Source of the DNA: Eledone cirrhosa
Lineage: Eukaryota
Length of the DNA: 63,943 nt
Reading direction: 5' to 3'
NCBI GenBank assembly: GCA_964016885.1
Contig: OZ024759.1
Location: 21,638,058-21,702,000, forward strand
Shown here: in pieces, positions 1-16,133 of the stretch
Layout of the letters: each line of letters opens with the position of its first letter
Position numbering within the stretch: position 1 is the stretch's first letter
Position numbers and translations under genes: made by a program
Notes under the pieces: model-generated
Told to the model about the DNA's origin: nothing
Databases searched by the model: none
What the model saw: only the letters and a program-made list of their open reading frames with translations

Positions 1-322
1 CAAATTTTACGTGGGGACGGGAAGCTAAAAAGAATCAATCTTTTAGTTCCTGTCAGAAGCTCCCAGCCAACGTGTCTCACACGCAAATTATCAAGGGGTG
101 AAAAGATGGCTATTAGAAATAGCAGTTCACATTGATATAAAATAGAATGGTAACATTCGGTTCATGTCTCCAAGCCCCATGGCTAGAGGAAAGCGATGGT
201 AACAATGGTAGTGCCAAGAAGCTTTAACGGACTTTAAATGCGATCATATATATATAAATTATTCCGGGTTGAATCGGAGGTAACCACAGTAAGTAAGGTA
301 CTCAATACACAGCAGAGTATAA

Positions 323-454
323 AAGTTTTAAAATAGAAGAGTTTCTACAGGACTAGAACTGTTTCATTCGTGAGAAATCATCAGGGAGCTCACTGATGAT
401 TTCTCACGAATGAAACAGTTCTAGTCCTGTAGAAGCTCTACTATATTAAAACTT
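323..454. ncRNA. Foldback of two back-to-back type I hammerhead ribozyme motifs (Penelope-like pLTR remnant)
   Basis: Arms 323-384 and 393-454, with the inner 42 bp perfectly inverted around GGAGCTCA. Plus copy: CTGATGA 393-399; stem II T-TTC-TCAC-GAA-T; GAAA 412-415; stem III ACAG/CTGT with loop TTCTAGTC; GUA triplet 429-431; stem I GAGCT/AGCTC with two junction mismatches. Confidence 0.75.
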
Positions 455-984
455 ACGTCTCTTATATTATTGTTCTGCAACCCCATGCATTGAACCACAA
501 TGTTAAGACAAAACCTATATATTTGCTAGCATCGATATACATCTGTATGTATATATATGTTAGTAGATATAAATTCTTTATTATTATCTCCAAAATATTT
601 GTCGAGCAATACTGGCCATGACTGCTGCTACGGTAGTAGGCTGGCCGCTGTCTTATTAACAACCCACTTTCCACCGATTGACCTCGATGTCACGTGTTCG
701 ATTCTCTTTGAATTTGCCACAGACACAGAGGCAGTGATTTTCTCAATGGCTAGGAGGTAAGTCCACGCTTTGCTATTTCCTATTCACTGATTTATTTTTT
801 AATAAGCTTCCAGAGTCCTCGCTTTCCCTGGAAACTTATATGAGAATAGACTTTCCTGATGACGGGATGTTTCTTTACACCTTCTTCGGAAGATGTATCT
901 ACTCCATTCCAGAAACTAATTAGTTGGAAGTGATATTTTAGTAAGTAAGTTAATTTTATAATTTTCTTATCTTACGTCTCTTAT
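452..984 (+). mobile_element. ~519-nt hammerhead-bearing non-coding unit (retrozyme / Penelope pLTR-like)
   Basis: Bounded by the 14-nt direct repeat CTTACGTCTCTTAT (452-465, 971-984), contains the hammerhead at 850-931, and is followed by (TA)n. Paralogous pieces lie at 55484-55645 and 32871-32926. Confidence 0.65.
850..931 (+). ncRNA. Type I hammerhead ribozyme motif
   Basis: Stem I ACTTTC/GGAAGT (850-855/926-931); core CTGATGA 856-862; extended stem II GGGATG/CATTCC capped by a CTTC-TTCG-GAAG hairpin; GAAA 912-915; palindromic stem III ACTAATTAGT; GUU triplet 923-925. The first stem II pair is a C.A mismatch. Confidence 0.8.
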
Positions 985-985
985 C

Positions 986-1274
<289 letters not shown>

Positions 1275-2498
1275 TTCATCAAACGATAAATCTACAGTTG
1301 TATACATCATATCCTGAACATGTTTTAACATCATCTCATTATTATTATCATCATTATTTTTGAGAGGTTCGTGAGAGGAGCAGAGTATTCAGACACGCAT
1401 TTCAGAGGGCCCTATCAGAAACGACCGACCCTACATTAGTTTATAAATAGGGTGTTTAAAAAAATTGATATCAATGGCCTAACCCTAAGATTGTCACATT
1501 AAAATATGTATTGTGACTTAGTGTTACAATGTTGACAAATTTTGGAGAATAAATCTTATGTTGCTCAACATTAAGCCTGCTCAGTCTTGTTGTCCTAGAT
1601 TTCGTAGTTTCTGGGATATTTACATCTCAAATGATATCTAATTTTTAAATAACCTCTAAATCGCGAAGAACGCTCGTACATATGCATTGTTATGAGGTCT
1701 TTTGTAATTCAAGGGATTTCCTAAAATCTCTACATTAAATACTAATATTGCATAACAAACTTACACTCAGATCGACATCAAATCTTACACTGTCAGTATT
1801 ATTTCAACAGGTTTTCTGTGACAGCCTACACGCTTCCTTATATGACTTAGGGTTTTATAAGAGCGAAATGTTTTTGAAATTTACAAGTACGAAAGGCTGA
1901 GAGTTAAAGTTGACCTCGACAGGATTTGAACTCAGAGAATAAAGAGTGATGGAAGTAATACAACAAATATCAACAAATATTCGAGAGGATTTATATAAGA
2001 GGAAGAAAAATAATATGAACAGATTATACAATATTCTATGGAATTGGCGAGAATCGTTAATGGTTGGCAGATATTGCTAAGTCATCTTAAAGTATGTTTT
2101 TGGTTTTATTTTGTTGTTTCGTTCCTTTTTTCATTTATAAACTTCACATTTTTTGTTATATTTAAATAGATGGCTGATCGCTTGGAAACTAGACATGACT
2201 TGACAGTTTAATTGTTTTTCGTCTTCTAGAGAGTGTTTAATATTGCTTTAGGGATTTTAAACTTTGACATAGTCAGCTATTTATCAAATTTCTATGTTCC
2301 AATGCCAGTTAATTCCGACCATTTCCGTTCTATTTGTTGGCTTCATTGATTCTCCATTGCACCCAATTAATATTTCTCTGTTTAAAATATAACCAGTGAT
2401 ACACAGTTGTCAACTGATAGAGGAAATAATGAGCTTCGTACGGGGAGAAAATATATTTCAGTGTATAAATATAGACATATGTGTATGTATGTAACCCC

Positions 2499-2597
<99 letters not shown>

Positions 2598-2628
2598 AAA
2601 AGAGAGAGAGAGGAGAGAGAAATATATA

Positions 2629-2720
<92 letters not shown>

Positions 2721-2781
2721 AAGGAGAGAGACAAATATATATGTATATATATACATATATATATATATACATATATATGTG

Positions 2782-2819
<38 letters not shown>

Positions 2820-2847
2820 CACACATAAAATATATACATATATTTAT

Positions 2848-3062
2848 GGAGGCGCGTGGCTGAGTGGTTAGAGGATTGGATTCACAATCGTGAGGTTGTG
2901 AGTTCGATTCCCGAACCAGGCGATGCGTTATGTCCTTGAGCAAGACAATTTATTTCACGTAGCTTCTTCTACCTGGAGTGGCGACCGTTAGATAGTATTA
3001 GCAATTGGAAGGACCAATCGAAACATTGTTTCCTCGGTCCGATTTGACGAAAGCCGATCGAC
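2848..3062 (+). mobile_element. tRNA-derived SINE
   Basis: Pol III A-box TGGCTGAGTGG and B-box GTTCGATTC, followed by a GTCCTTGAGCAAGAC core. A second copy lies on the minus strand at 46772-46988. Both are flanked by (TA)n. Confidence 0.85.
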
Positions 3063-3086
3063 TGTCGATATAATATATATATATAC

Positions 3087-3139
<53 letters not shown>

Positions 3140-3156
3140 CATATATATCTATCTAT

Positions 3157-3363
3157 CTAAGGCGGGTAAAATTCCCGAGATCCATGGACGAGTTCTCTCC
3201 AGCGGTCTCTGTCCCTCATTATCGCTGCCATATCCTGCATCTCCAACAGACCAGTGTCTGTCCTTAGGGCATCAACATATGTTAACCTTGGTCTTCCTCT
3301 TCTAGTGTGTCCATGTAGGGGCTCCCAAAGGAGCACTGAGTGCAATGTCAACTCTGGATGTCG
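3157..3363 (-). pseudogene. RTE-clade LINE 3' end (non-inverted part of a rearranged insertion)
   Basis: Translates as RHPELTLHSVLLWEPLHGHTRRGRPRLTYVDAL...DRDRWR, a typical RTE C-terminus, then a stop and a (TAGA)n tail. Confidence 0.85.
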
Positions 3364-4198
3364 GTTACTGCCTGATGAAGATCTTACAGGCTTATGGAAT
3401 CCCCAAGAGGATAGTGGACCTGATATCACTGCTCTACACCAACACCAAAGCCCAAGTCATTACACCTGATGGGATGACAGAGTTCTTTGAGATACTGGCT
3501 GGAGTGTTCCAGGGAGATACATTGGCTCCCTACCTTTTTATCATCGTAGTGGGACTATTGTATGCGCCTTGCACTGGAGAAACACCAGGACTCTGGTTTT
3601 ACTGTAGCACCGGCTCAGAGCAGGGAGAGTTGGGGCGAAAAAGGTATCGGATGCTGAATTTGCCGACGACATAGTTTTGGTGACAAATACAGTGAAGGAG
3701 GCAGAGGATTTGATGCGGGAGGTTGAGACTGTGTCGATGAGTGTGGGGCTGAGAATGAATGAGACTAAAACAAAATATCTGGTAGAGAATGTTGAGAAGC
3801 CAGAGGGATCACTAATGTAGGCGGGAAGCCGCTGGAATGGTTGAGGACTTCTGTATTTGGGAGCAAAGATTGGGAATACGAAGATGATGTGGTTGAGAGG
3901 AAGAGCAAGGCCTGGGTGGCGTGTCACAGCTTGAGATCGGTGTGGAAGTCGGACCTTCGTGGAGACCTGAAAATCCGCCTCTTCATTGCTGTAGTGGAGT
4001 CTGTGCTGCTGTATGGGTCTGAGACTTGGACACTGACCAAGAGACTCACTCAGATGGTGGATGGGTGCTACACGAGAATGCTGAGGATGGCTCTGAACAT
4101 TAATCAGTATACACTGAGGATGAAAACTCAGAGCTGTATGGGAGCATCCCAAAAGTCAGCTCAAAAGTGACACAGAGGAGACTGAGGTTGGCTGGACA
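3364..4198 (+). pseudogene. RTE-clade LINE reverse transcriptase fragment, frameshifted (inverted part)
   Basis: Motifs KILQAYGIP, GVFQGDTLAPYLFII, FADD (TTTGCCGACGAC at ~3659), ESVLLYGSETWTL and RRLRLAGH, spread over several frames. Confidence 0.9.
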
Positions 4199-7008
<2,810 letters not shown>

Positions 7009-7701
7009 AACAGAGAGTGAGAGAGAGAGGGATGTTTGTGCATATGTGTATTTCTGCCTTATCAACTATACATGCATGTTCTCATGTGGGACTAAAAGTT
7101 TGCGTATGTGTCTATGTGTATGGGTTTATGTGTGTGTGGCCATGCGCGTGTAATAATTGCTCAGTTCTATGAGGAGATCAGTGAAGTTAAATAGATGTCA
7201 AACGAGAGGTAAACAGCCATATAATTAGACGTTAATTACTTGGAAAAGACCGTAAAAATGACAAAAAGACCATTACATGGACAAGGAATATCACACGCCA
7301 ATACACACACCAATACACACACACAGACACATTGTGTGACGGACGGAAGTCGCTAAAATTTAAATATAGATTGACCTATGAAGAACCTCGTCGGGATTTG
7401 AACAGAATGACAGGGATAGAGAAGGATAGCGTATCCAAATCTATATGATACTGGACCTCCTAGCAAAAGAAGAAACGTGCGAGTGACTGAAAGCATTCCA
7501 CAGACACGTGTAGTTTTAATGTATTTGTCAGGGGAATTTAACATGACAGTGTACGACATGACAGACCTTTTGACTTACAGTTTATACGAGTATGAACGTG
7601 TCTAGTGTGAAATCGCCCTCTCTGCACACACACATGCACACATACACGTGTCTCGGTGTTTGTGCATGTTTGTGTGTGTGTGTATGTGTGTGTGCGTGAG
7701 C

Positions 7702-7733
<32 letters not shown>

Positions 7734-8328
7734 CTGTGTGTGTGTGTGTGTGTGAAACATTGACAAATATTGAAAGAAGGTTAAAAGAAATATCCAGAAA
7801 AATAGCTTTTGTAGGAGCTTTTGTAGGAGATTTTCCTTCAAAATTCTACAGCTTTAAATGTAGTGCAGGCAATTTTCCTAGATTATTGTACAGAAGTTTT
7901 AGATGTAGTCCTGGAGATGGCGATTGGAACAGTTCAGCAGAGTCTCTTGGGCGTTAAGAAAACTCCGAAGACGATAAAAGAAGTAGAGTTGAAAGAGAAA
8001 CACGACTGGTCTCTATAGATATGTCTGTAGAATTACGCCATCGAACTAGCCATTAACAACAACGTAAATCGTGGCATTGTTAATGGAAGAAACATACGAC
8101 ATCTTGCTGAAGAAATTAATCCTTAAGCAAGCAGACGACATGGTAGCCATTTAGACACAACCATATATAGCACACACACACATATATATATATACATACA
8201 TACAAACATATATATATATACATACATACATACAAACATATATATATTTATATTAAGACGTTCGCTCTAATATAGCTGTAGTATGAGCATATGTATGCAT
8301 GTATACATATATATATACATAAACACAT

Positions 8329-8397
<69 letters not shown>

Positions 8398-9969
8398 TAC
8401 ACATACACACACACAAGATGTGTTCCTAACTATAACACACACAAATACATACAAACACACCCACACACACAAGCTGTGTTCAGGCTGTAACACATACACA
8501 CACACACAAGCTGTGTCCTTACTTGTAACAAACACTTATACATACAAACAAATACAAGCTGTGTTCTGGCTGTAACACACACACACGACTAGCAGAAAGA
8601 GAATGAACGATAGTAATGGCTGCTGTCGATAGGGAAAGAAGTATTGCATCGGTTGATGTCAGCAGACGACATATTAAGTTGGAACGGTTTTAACAGGCAG
8701 CGGAAGTGACGTTCAGATTACATACAGACAGACAAGTAATCGCTTCAAGACAACCAGAAACGCTGTTATATAATAGAATGATGCCGTATGTAGTTATATG
8801 TACGGATGTGTGTATGCATGTATGTATATATGTATGTATATGTATGTATATATGTATGTATGTATGCATATAGTGCACCAATGTATATATACATCTATAC
8901 AGCATCTGTAAATATCTGTACATATATTATTACTGTGTTATGAGGAACTTACAACTGGGTCCACAGATCAGTATAGTGAGAATATTTCATGCAAATAAAT
9001 AAATGAATTAATCAACGATACCGAGCGGCCATTTATAATATTCCTGTTTCAGCCACCAGATAGGTTGCCAAGAAGCAAATATGTAAAAATATTTCTTAAC
9101 TAGTAGGATGCATTAAAATGACATTCTCATATGAAATCTTCGAGTTGCAGCAGATATCATGCAAATGAATTATATGCTATGTATTCAGTTACTGCTAATG
9201 AACTTTATTTACCATTTATGAGACCCTGTGATGAATAAATTTGAAAGAGTTGATTTTGTATTCTGTTACAAAAGGAGAAATAACGGATCATTGTAGTATC
9301 TTGGAAGAATTATGTAGTTTTGTATCGTCTGCTTATAAGAATGTTACATCCATGCTATGCCATGGACCCGCGACAGCCAATGGATTCGTAAGGACGCCGT
9401 TGTAATATACAGTGTCTTGAGTATTTTAAACCTGGCGGAACCCATCCTTTCTCCAGTTGTGAACACAGCCGATTTCTTCCCAGAGAGAGTGGAAGGATAG
9501 ATCCCAGTATTGGACTGGCGCTTTATTTAATGCCCTTGTAACGATTTTGAACACAGACTATTTCTTCCTGGGAGAGAGGGATGGAGAGAGAACGGTAGAG
9601 AGGAAGTGAGAAAAAATATAGACAAAGAATCGACTCCATTTTTTTATCAATCTCGAAAAGATGAAAGGCAGAGTTGACTCCAGCAGGTTTTGAACTTGCA
9701 GTTCAAATGTTACATCTACAATATATGAATCTTGAAAACGAATTAAGCCATTAAATTATTGGATTAAAGTACCTCCCATGTGAAAAAAGGGGAAGGACTG
9801 GGGATTTAAAATGGGTGGCTTTGTTTCATAAAACCAGAAGCGGTTTTAGGGTGAGGGTTGGTATCATAATGGCTGACACTACCACCTGGTCTTTGAATAT
9901 CTCTTTTGTGAATGTTCATGCTTCACCTGAACCGTATCTACCTCAACAGTCTTGGATATACAAGGGAGG

Positions 9970-10013
9970 GAGAGAGAGCGAGAGAGAGAGAGAGAGGGAT
10001 AAGAAAGAGAAAT

Positions 10014-10091
<78 letters not shown>

Positions 10092-10119
10092 GAAAGAGAG
10101 AGAGAGAGCGAGAGAGAGA
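9970..10119. repeat. (GA)n microsatellite
   Basis: Direct inspection. Confidence 0.95.
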
Positions 10120-10192
10120 ACATCCGCCGCTCACTTACAAATTAATTATCCATTGCAGTAAAATGTGAGGACACGTGCCAATATGATAAATG

Positions 10193-10225
<33 letters not shown>

Positions 10226-10974
10226 TACTTCCGGTGAGGGGAATCTGTTATGTTCCAGATCCCCCAAGGAACTGAAGTACTTTGTAGGTTAAAGGAAACA
10301 ACAACAACAACAATAACAACAGCAGGATGAAAGACGTTCAAGGTTTCGTTTAAAGAGGCTAAAACATTACGAAGGAACTTCTCTGACAAAAAGATTAAAA
10401 ACTCCCAGGCAAATTATTCTAACAAGTTCGAGTCCCAGGCTAGCTGACCAGCAGTGTTTTTATTGGTAGCTCTCTGTCAATCTCAGAAATGATCATAAGA
10501 AGTTCGAGTCCCACTAATACTGCCACCACCACTATTACCACCACTACAACCATTACCACTACTACTACAATCACCACCATTACTAACACTATTACCACTA
10601 CTAAGGGGAGACAAGCAAGTCTATATCAATGATCAGACATCGCACAATCAATATTTATGCTATATTTTTACCAGAATTCAAACTTGTTGATAAACACGTC
10701 ATATATAAACATATAAACACGCCATTGTCCGCTGCCATAATGCAATTGCTGTTTCACTTGTACAATTCAAACGAATTATATCTAACAATAAAACAATATT
10801 TCTACTGGTTTACACTTTACAAATATACCTTTTCACAGCTCTAGCTATGTTTTATTTCCATTGTCGCTGCTTTTTCAACCATTTTTCTCTTGGATCTTTT
10901 GTCTAGTTAGCGAGTGTGTTTCTCTTCTAGAAGCTATGTCTAAATACGTCATTACTAAACTAGATATAAACTGA

Positions 10975-11006
10975 AACATATACATATATACACACACATG
11001 TGCAGT

Positions 11007-11038
<32 letters not shown>

Positions 11039-11735
11039 TATAGTTTCACACACACATACACATATACACACACACACATGTAGTTTCACACACACACATG
11101 TAGTTTCACACACACATATGTATACACACACACACACACACACATACGCATGCACACACACATAGACACAGTTTCACACACATACACGCATGCAGTTTCA
11201 CACACACATACGCACACACGCTCACATACGCACACACACACGTGGTTTCACACACACATACGCACACACACATGTGGTTTCACACACACATATGCACACA
11301 CACACACACACACACACAGTTTCACACACATACACACATGTAGATTCACACACAAACACTCATATACGCATGTGATGCACAGAATCGCCTCACACACACA
11401 ATTGCATATTTAAGCCCCCAAACACACATACTTAGTTATACATTGGTATATAATCATGCATACATTCACATACACAGACACACACGCATACATCGAAAAA
11501 CATACACACACACACACACACTCATAAACACACACATATGTGAACCTGTACTGAATTACCTCATATACACAATCACACATATATATATATGCATACATTC
11601 GTATACATACGCATATGGTGATGCATACACACACACACACTCTCTCTCTCTCACACCGAAACATATATACAAACACACACACACGCACGTAAAGACACGC
11701 ACATACAGAAACACACACATACAAAAGCACGCAGA
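10975..11735. repeat. (CA)n-rich minisatellite with recurring GTTTCACACACACA unit
   Basis: Direct inspection. Confidence 0.85.
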
Positions 11736-11748
11736 GATACACGTGCTT

Positions 11749-12161
11749 ATGACTGCCAACATTCTAAAGAAGTTCAACGTTTTCCAACAAATATGCCCAA
11801 GAAAAATCCTGAAAATCACTTACCGAGACCGGATTACTAATGTAGAGGTGCTGATAAGAAGTAAACAAAGGCTACTGGCTGACACCTGCGCTGAAAGGCG
11901 CCTGAAACTGGCAGGAGACATTCTGCGCATGTCTAAGTACCGGAACCACTCTGTGCCAATGATATGGATCCCAGTCGGTGGCAAGTGGTAAAAAAGGGAG
12001 ATAAGAAAACCTGGCGCTCAACTTTCAAAGAAGATCTCCAAAGGATTGGACTGGACTGGGAAACTACGCAAGATGCCGCAGCTGATTGTGTAAATTAGAG
12101 AAGACACATTGGCCAATATGCTTCAGGGTATAGGAAAACCTAAGAATAAGACTAAGACTAA
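11749..12161 (+). pseudogene. RTE-type LINE 3' fragment
   Basis: Translates as FQQICPRKILKITYRDRITNVEVL...RRLKLAGDILRM...WIPVGGK, then KTWRSTFKEDL after a stop; ends in a TAAGAC-like tandem tail. Confidence 0.8.
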
Positions 12162-12305
12162 TACGGATGATGATCTAGTGTGGTTAGGACAATCAACATT
12201 GTCTTATATCTTGGATAACTTTGGGTTTGTTCTACATGTATTTACGTTCAGTTCCAGACATCTGACAATCTTATTACACACACACACACACATATATATA
12301 TATAT

Positions 12306-12486
12306 CAAGATGAATACAGTAAAAAACTGGTTAGACCATTACTCACCAGAGTACTCGATACTTGGAGTAGTAGAGTGTGGTTATATGAAAGAGTCGGGAT
12401 CCCGATGACAGTTTGAACAGCTAGTTCTAGGTCTGGAACTAGCTGTTGAAACGGCAAGAGCTCAGCTGTCGGAGTCCCGACTCTTT

Positions 12487-12490
<4 letters not shown>
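12306..12490 (-). mobile_element. Short (TA)n-embedded element with foldback and hammerhead 3' half (diverged relative of the 17842/43278/61081 family)
   Basis: Shares GTACTCGATAC...GTAGTAGAGTG with the family; inverted repeat ATGAAAGAGTCGGGA...TCCCGACTCTTTCAT; contains GAAACGGC-AAGAGCTCA-GCTGTC. Confidence 0.7.
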
Positions 12491-12554
<64 letters not shown>

Positions 12555-12906
12555 AGGATATTTGATAATATACTCTATGTTTATTTAAAAACATTTTGAA
12601 TACCATTCGTTATGAGTTTTAAAGTAGTGACTAGTTCACTAACTTGGTCTCGGCAAAAACAATATATCGCTACAGATAAAAGATTTTAATATACATAATC
12701 GATATAATATGATAGCTGTAACTTAATAAAGTCTGTCTCTTACATACTAGAAGTTAGTGCTTGGTTTACCAAATACAAGGGTCGTCAGAAAATATGGTTG
12801 ATGTCTGAGATTTAGTAAATGTGTTTAGTTTAGAGTTGGCTTTCATATTCTGGGTGTATTGTTTACTGGTTAGGACAATATACAGTCTGATGTCTTGGAT
12901 AACATT

Positions 12907-13053
12907 GGGTTTGTTCTAGATGTATTTACGTTAAGGTTTGATCATATGACGGGTTTGTTCTAGATGTATATACATTAAGGTTTGGTCATATGACGGGTTT
13001 GTTCTAGACGTGTTTATGTTTAGGTTTGGGCATACGACGGGTTTGTTCTAGAT
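12907..13053. repeat. 44-bp tandem minisatellite (~3.3 copies)
   Basis: GGGTTTGTTCTAGA starts at 12907, 12951, 12995 and 13039. A single-unit paralogue lies at ~12181-12273. Confidence 0.9.
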
Positions 13054-13539
13054 TTGACGGTCTTATTTCCTTAAACGTGTCATAATTTTAGAATATTTTA
13101 AAGACACAAATAATAAACGATGTTAATATGAAATATCCTCCTAAATCAGAGTATAATATTGTTGTTATTGTCTCATAATTTATTAATAACGAAATTAATA
13201 ACAACAATAATAACAAGAACATCGACAATAATAACATTAATAACGACGGGATTTTTAAAGGGTTACACCCAATTAATATGCAATGATTTAAGATATAAAG
13301 CTAAACTATCAACAGAAATTATATTCATGGGAGAAATATTAAGGATAAAATTTGAATAAAAGATATAATCTCTGTGATTTCACTGATGTATGGCCATCTT
13401 TCTGGGGAGATATTTTATGTAGGATGAATTATACATATCTTTCATCGCTTGAATGAAATGAATCCAGTTACACGCTTTTGTTGTTTCTCTCAATGTTCCC
13501 CTAATCCCCCACACACATACATACATACATGATAATATC

Positions 13540-13737
13540 CACGCAGAACTAATGAGAAATTTGCAGATACTCCACCTTGAATATACATTCAAATTTATAC
13601 CTATGATTATCACAAATCTTGAGAAGCTGGGCTTCACAGAAACAGAAAGAACACGACCAGTTGGGAAATTACAAGTACAATCCATTAATGGAACAGTAAA
13701 AATATGTAAAACATTCCAAACATTCTGCATATAATAA
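13540..13737 (+). pseudogene. Degenerate C-terminus of an RLE-type (R4/Dong-like) non-LTR retrotransposon
   Basis: ELMRNLQILHLEYTFKFIPMII...LEKLGF...KLQVQSINGTVKICKTF resembles RLE C-termini. Assigned from recalled family pattern only. Confidence 0.45.
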
Positions 13738-13989
13738 CTGCATGTACACATATACAGATACAAAAAAAGTCACGCATCAAGCAATGTCTGCGCCTGAAAC
13801 TTTTCTAAGTGAGGAAAGGCTTTGCACTCTAAACATCGAATGCATTTGCCACAAAAGAAGAACTGGTCTACATCTTTATATGTTACCAGTAGCGTTAAAG
13901 AGCAACCTGACATACATACATACATACATACATACATACATACATACATACATACATACATACATACATACATACATACATACATACAT

Positions 13990-14598
13990 GGTGGCTGCCA
14001 ACTCGTTTTCGAGTACGGCCACTACTTTATATCCATGTAGGAGAACCCCTACCGATGCGCTGAACGAGTGTGACTTTTTAGTCCAGCCAGCGACTTGAAA
14101 ACTCTGGTACAAACACTACACTTGTGACAATTATTGACACATAGTGCTTTACCTTTGGTACCATGTGACGACAAGTGCAGAGAGATCTCCAGATACAAAG
14201 CAATGCCTGTGCCGTGAAGCTTTTATAGTGAGCAAAGGCACTGCACAAAGCCAGTCCCACTCTCTTAACCAAGATGATATTTACCAAAAAGAAGAACAAG
14301 TCAACATCATTGGATACCATCAGGGTTGCAGGTGTTATATCAGAGTTTTCCTTCTCCTAGAATTCTGCCTTGACAAAGGCTAAGGGGTCATCTCTCCCAG
14401 TGATTTTGGATGGCCATTGACTCTTAAGAGCTCCTTTGCCCTTTGACAGGTTTTGTTTTTAGTCCTGCAGGATGTCCAAAGTCACCCTCCTCACCAAGAA
14501 ACCTTGGTGGGGTTGCCAGTTTAGTCGCCAACGACCCGACCATGAGACAGGTTGTACTGGGATACATGTTACCAGTAGCACCAAGTGGTGACCTGACA
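13990..14598 (-). mobile_element. Non-autonomous RTE-derived element (~610 bp), copy 1
   Basis: RTE 5'UTR-like motif CTAGGAGAAGGAAAACTCTGA on the minus strand, a 3' stem-loop and a (TATG)n tail. Near-identical to 59600-60208. Confidence 0.8.
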
Positions 14599-14600
14599 TA

Positions 14601-14631
<31 letters not shown>

Positions 14632-14715
14632 TATATATATATACATATACACACATATACATATATATATACATATATATATACATATATACATACACAC
14701 ACATATACACACACA

Positions 14716-14751
<36 letters not shown>

Positions 14752-14934
14752 CACATATATATATATACATACACACATATACATATATACACATATATAT
14801 ATATACATACACACATACACATATATATACATATACACACATGCACATATACATATACACATATATATATATATACATATACACATATGTACATATATAC
14901 ATACATATACATACATATACATATACACATATGC

Positions 14935-14967
<33 letters not shown>

Positions 14968-15369
14968 TATAGACACACATATACATATACATATATATAC
15001 ATATATATATATATACATATACATATATATATATATACATATACATATATATACATATACATATACATATACACATATACACAAACACGCATACACATAC
15101 ATACACATACATATACATATATACATATACACACACACACACACATACATACACATATACATATACATATATATATATACATATACATATATACATACAT
15201 ATACATACATGCATACATACATACATACCTACATACATACATACCTACAAACATACCTAGATACATAATACATATATATATAATACATACGTAATACATA
15301 CATACCTAGATACATACATACCTACATACATACCTAGATGCATATATACATACATAATACATACGTAAT

Positions 15370-15851
15370 GATGGCTGCCCCTCGTTATCGAGTATGGCCA
15401 TTGCACGATATACCATTATTAATAATTATTAATTAATTCTATCGTGTAATGCCTGTGCGTGAAGATATTTTTTAAAGTGAGGAAAGACTGTGCACTGAGC
15501 CAATCCCACTCTCTGAACGACAGTAGCTATAACCCGAAAAGAAGAAAAGATCAACATCATCGGTAACTACTGAGCCGCAGCTTTTATCTCGGAGTTATCC
15601 CAGTTTCCCGAGTTGCCTTCTCCTAGAAGAATGCCCTGACAAAGGCTAGGGGGTCCTTCACTCCCAGTGGTTTAACCGGGCGGTTCATGTGTATATACAT
15701 ATTTATACACTTTTGGATGGCTGTTGACTCTTATGAGTTCTTCCGCCCTTCGTCAGGTTTTGTTTTTTGTCCTGCAGGGTGTCCAAAATCACCCTCCTCA
15801 CCAAGTAAACTTGGTGGGGTTGCCGGTTGAGTCGCCGACAACCCGACCACG
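15370..15851 (-). mobile_element. Diverged subfamily of the RTE-derived element
   Basis: Same blocks in the same order (GGCTGCC..CTCG..CGAGTA; AAAAGAAGAA..TCAACATCAT; CCTTCTCCTAGAA; CACCCTCCTCACCAAG..CTTGGTGGGGTTGCC). Confidence 0.75.
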
Positions 15852-16133
15852 CATACATACATACTTATATACAGTAGCAGTCTAATGACTGAAAACAGTA
15901 AAAGAAAAATAGATTAAAAGATTAAAAGAATAAGAGAATGAAAGAGTAGATAAGAATAGAAATAACGATAGAATAGTTCCGTCAACAAATATAATTAATG
16001 AACAGTAATATGGTTTCTATGATCTCATTAATGTCTACTTTACTGACAGATTCACATCATTATGGAATGTTTTAATTAGTTACCATGGTTACGTTTCCAT
16101 TAATGGTCTACGAGGTGATTTGACGAAGATATA

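Noticed and set aside
9879-9950. Possible minus-strand terminal exon TVEVDTVQVKHEHSQKRYSKTRW*
   Set aside because: The pyrimidine tract is just a (CT)n microsatellite, the acceptor is a weak AAG and no homology was recognised.
12907-13053. Regularly spaced GGGTTTGTTCTAGA repeats, superficially CRISPR-like
   Set aside because: The intervening sequences are homologous, so this is a 44-bp tandem repeat.
14078-14383. Short ORFs repeated in the RTE-derived element copies
   Set aside because: They recur only because the copies are recent; there is no recognisable domain and they are not kept in the diverged copy.
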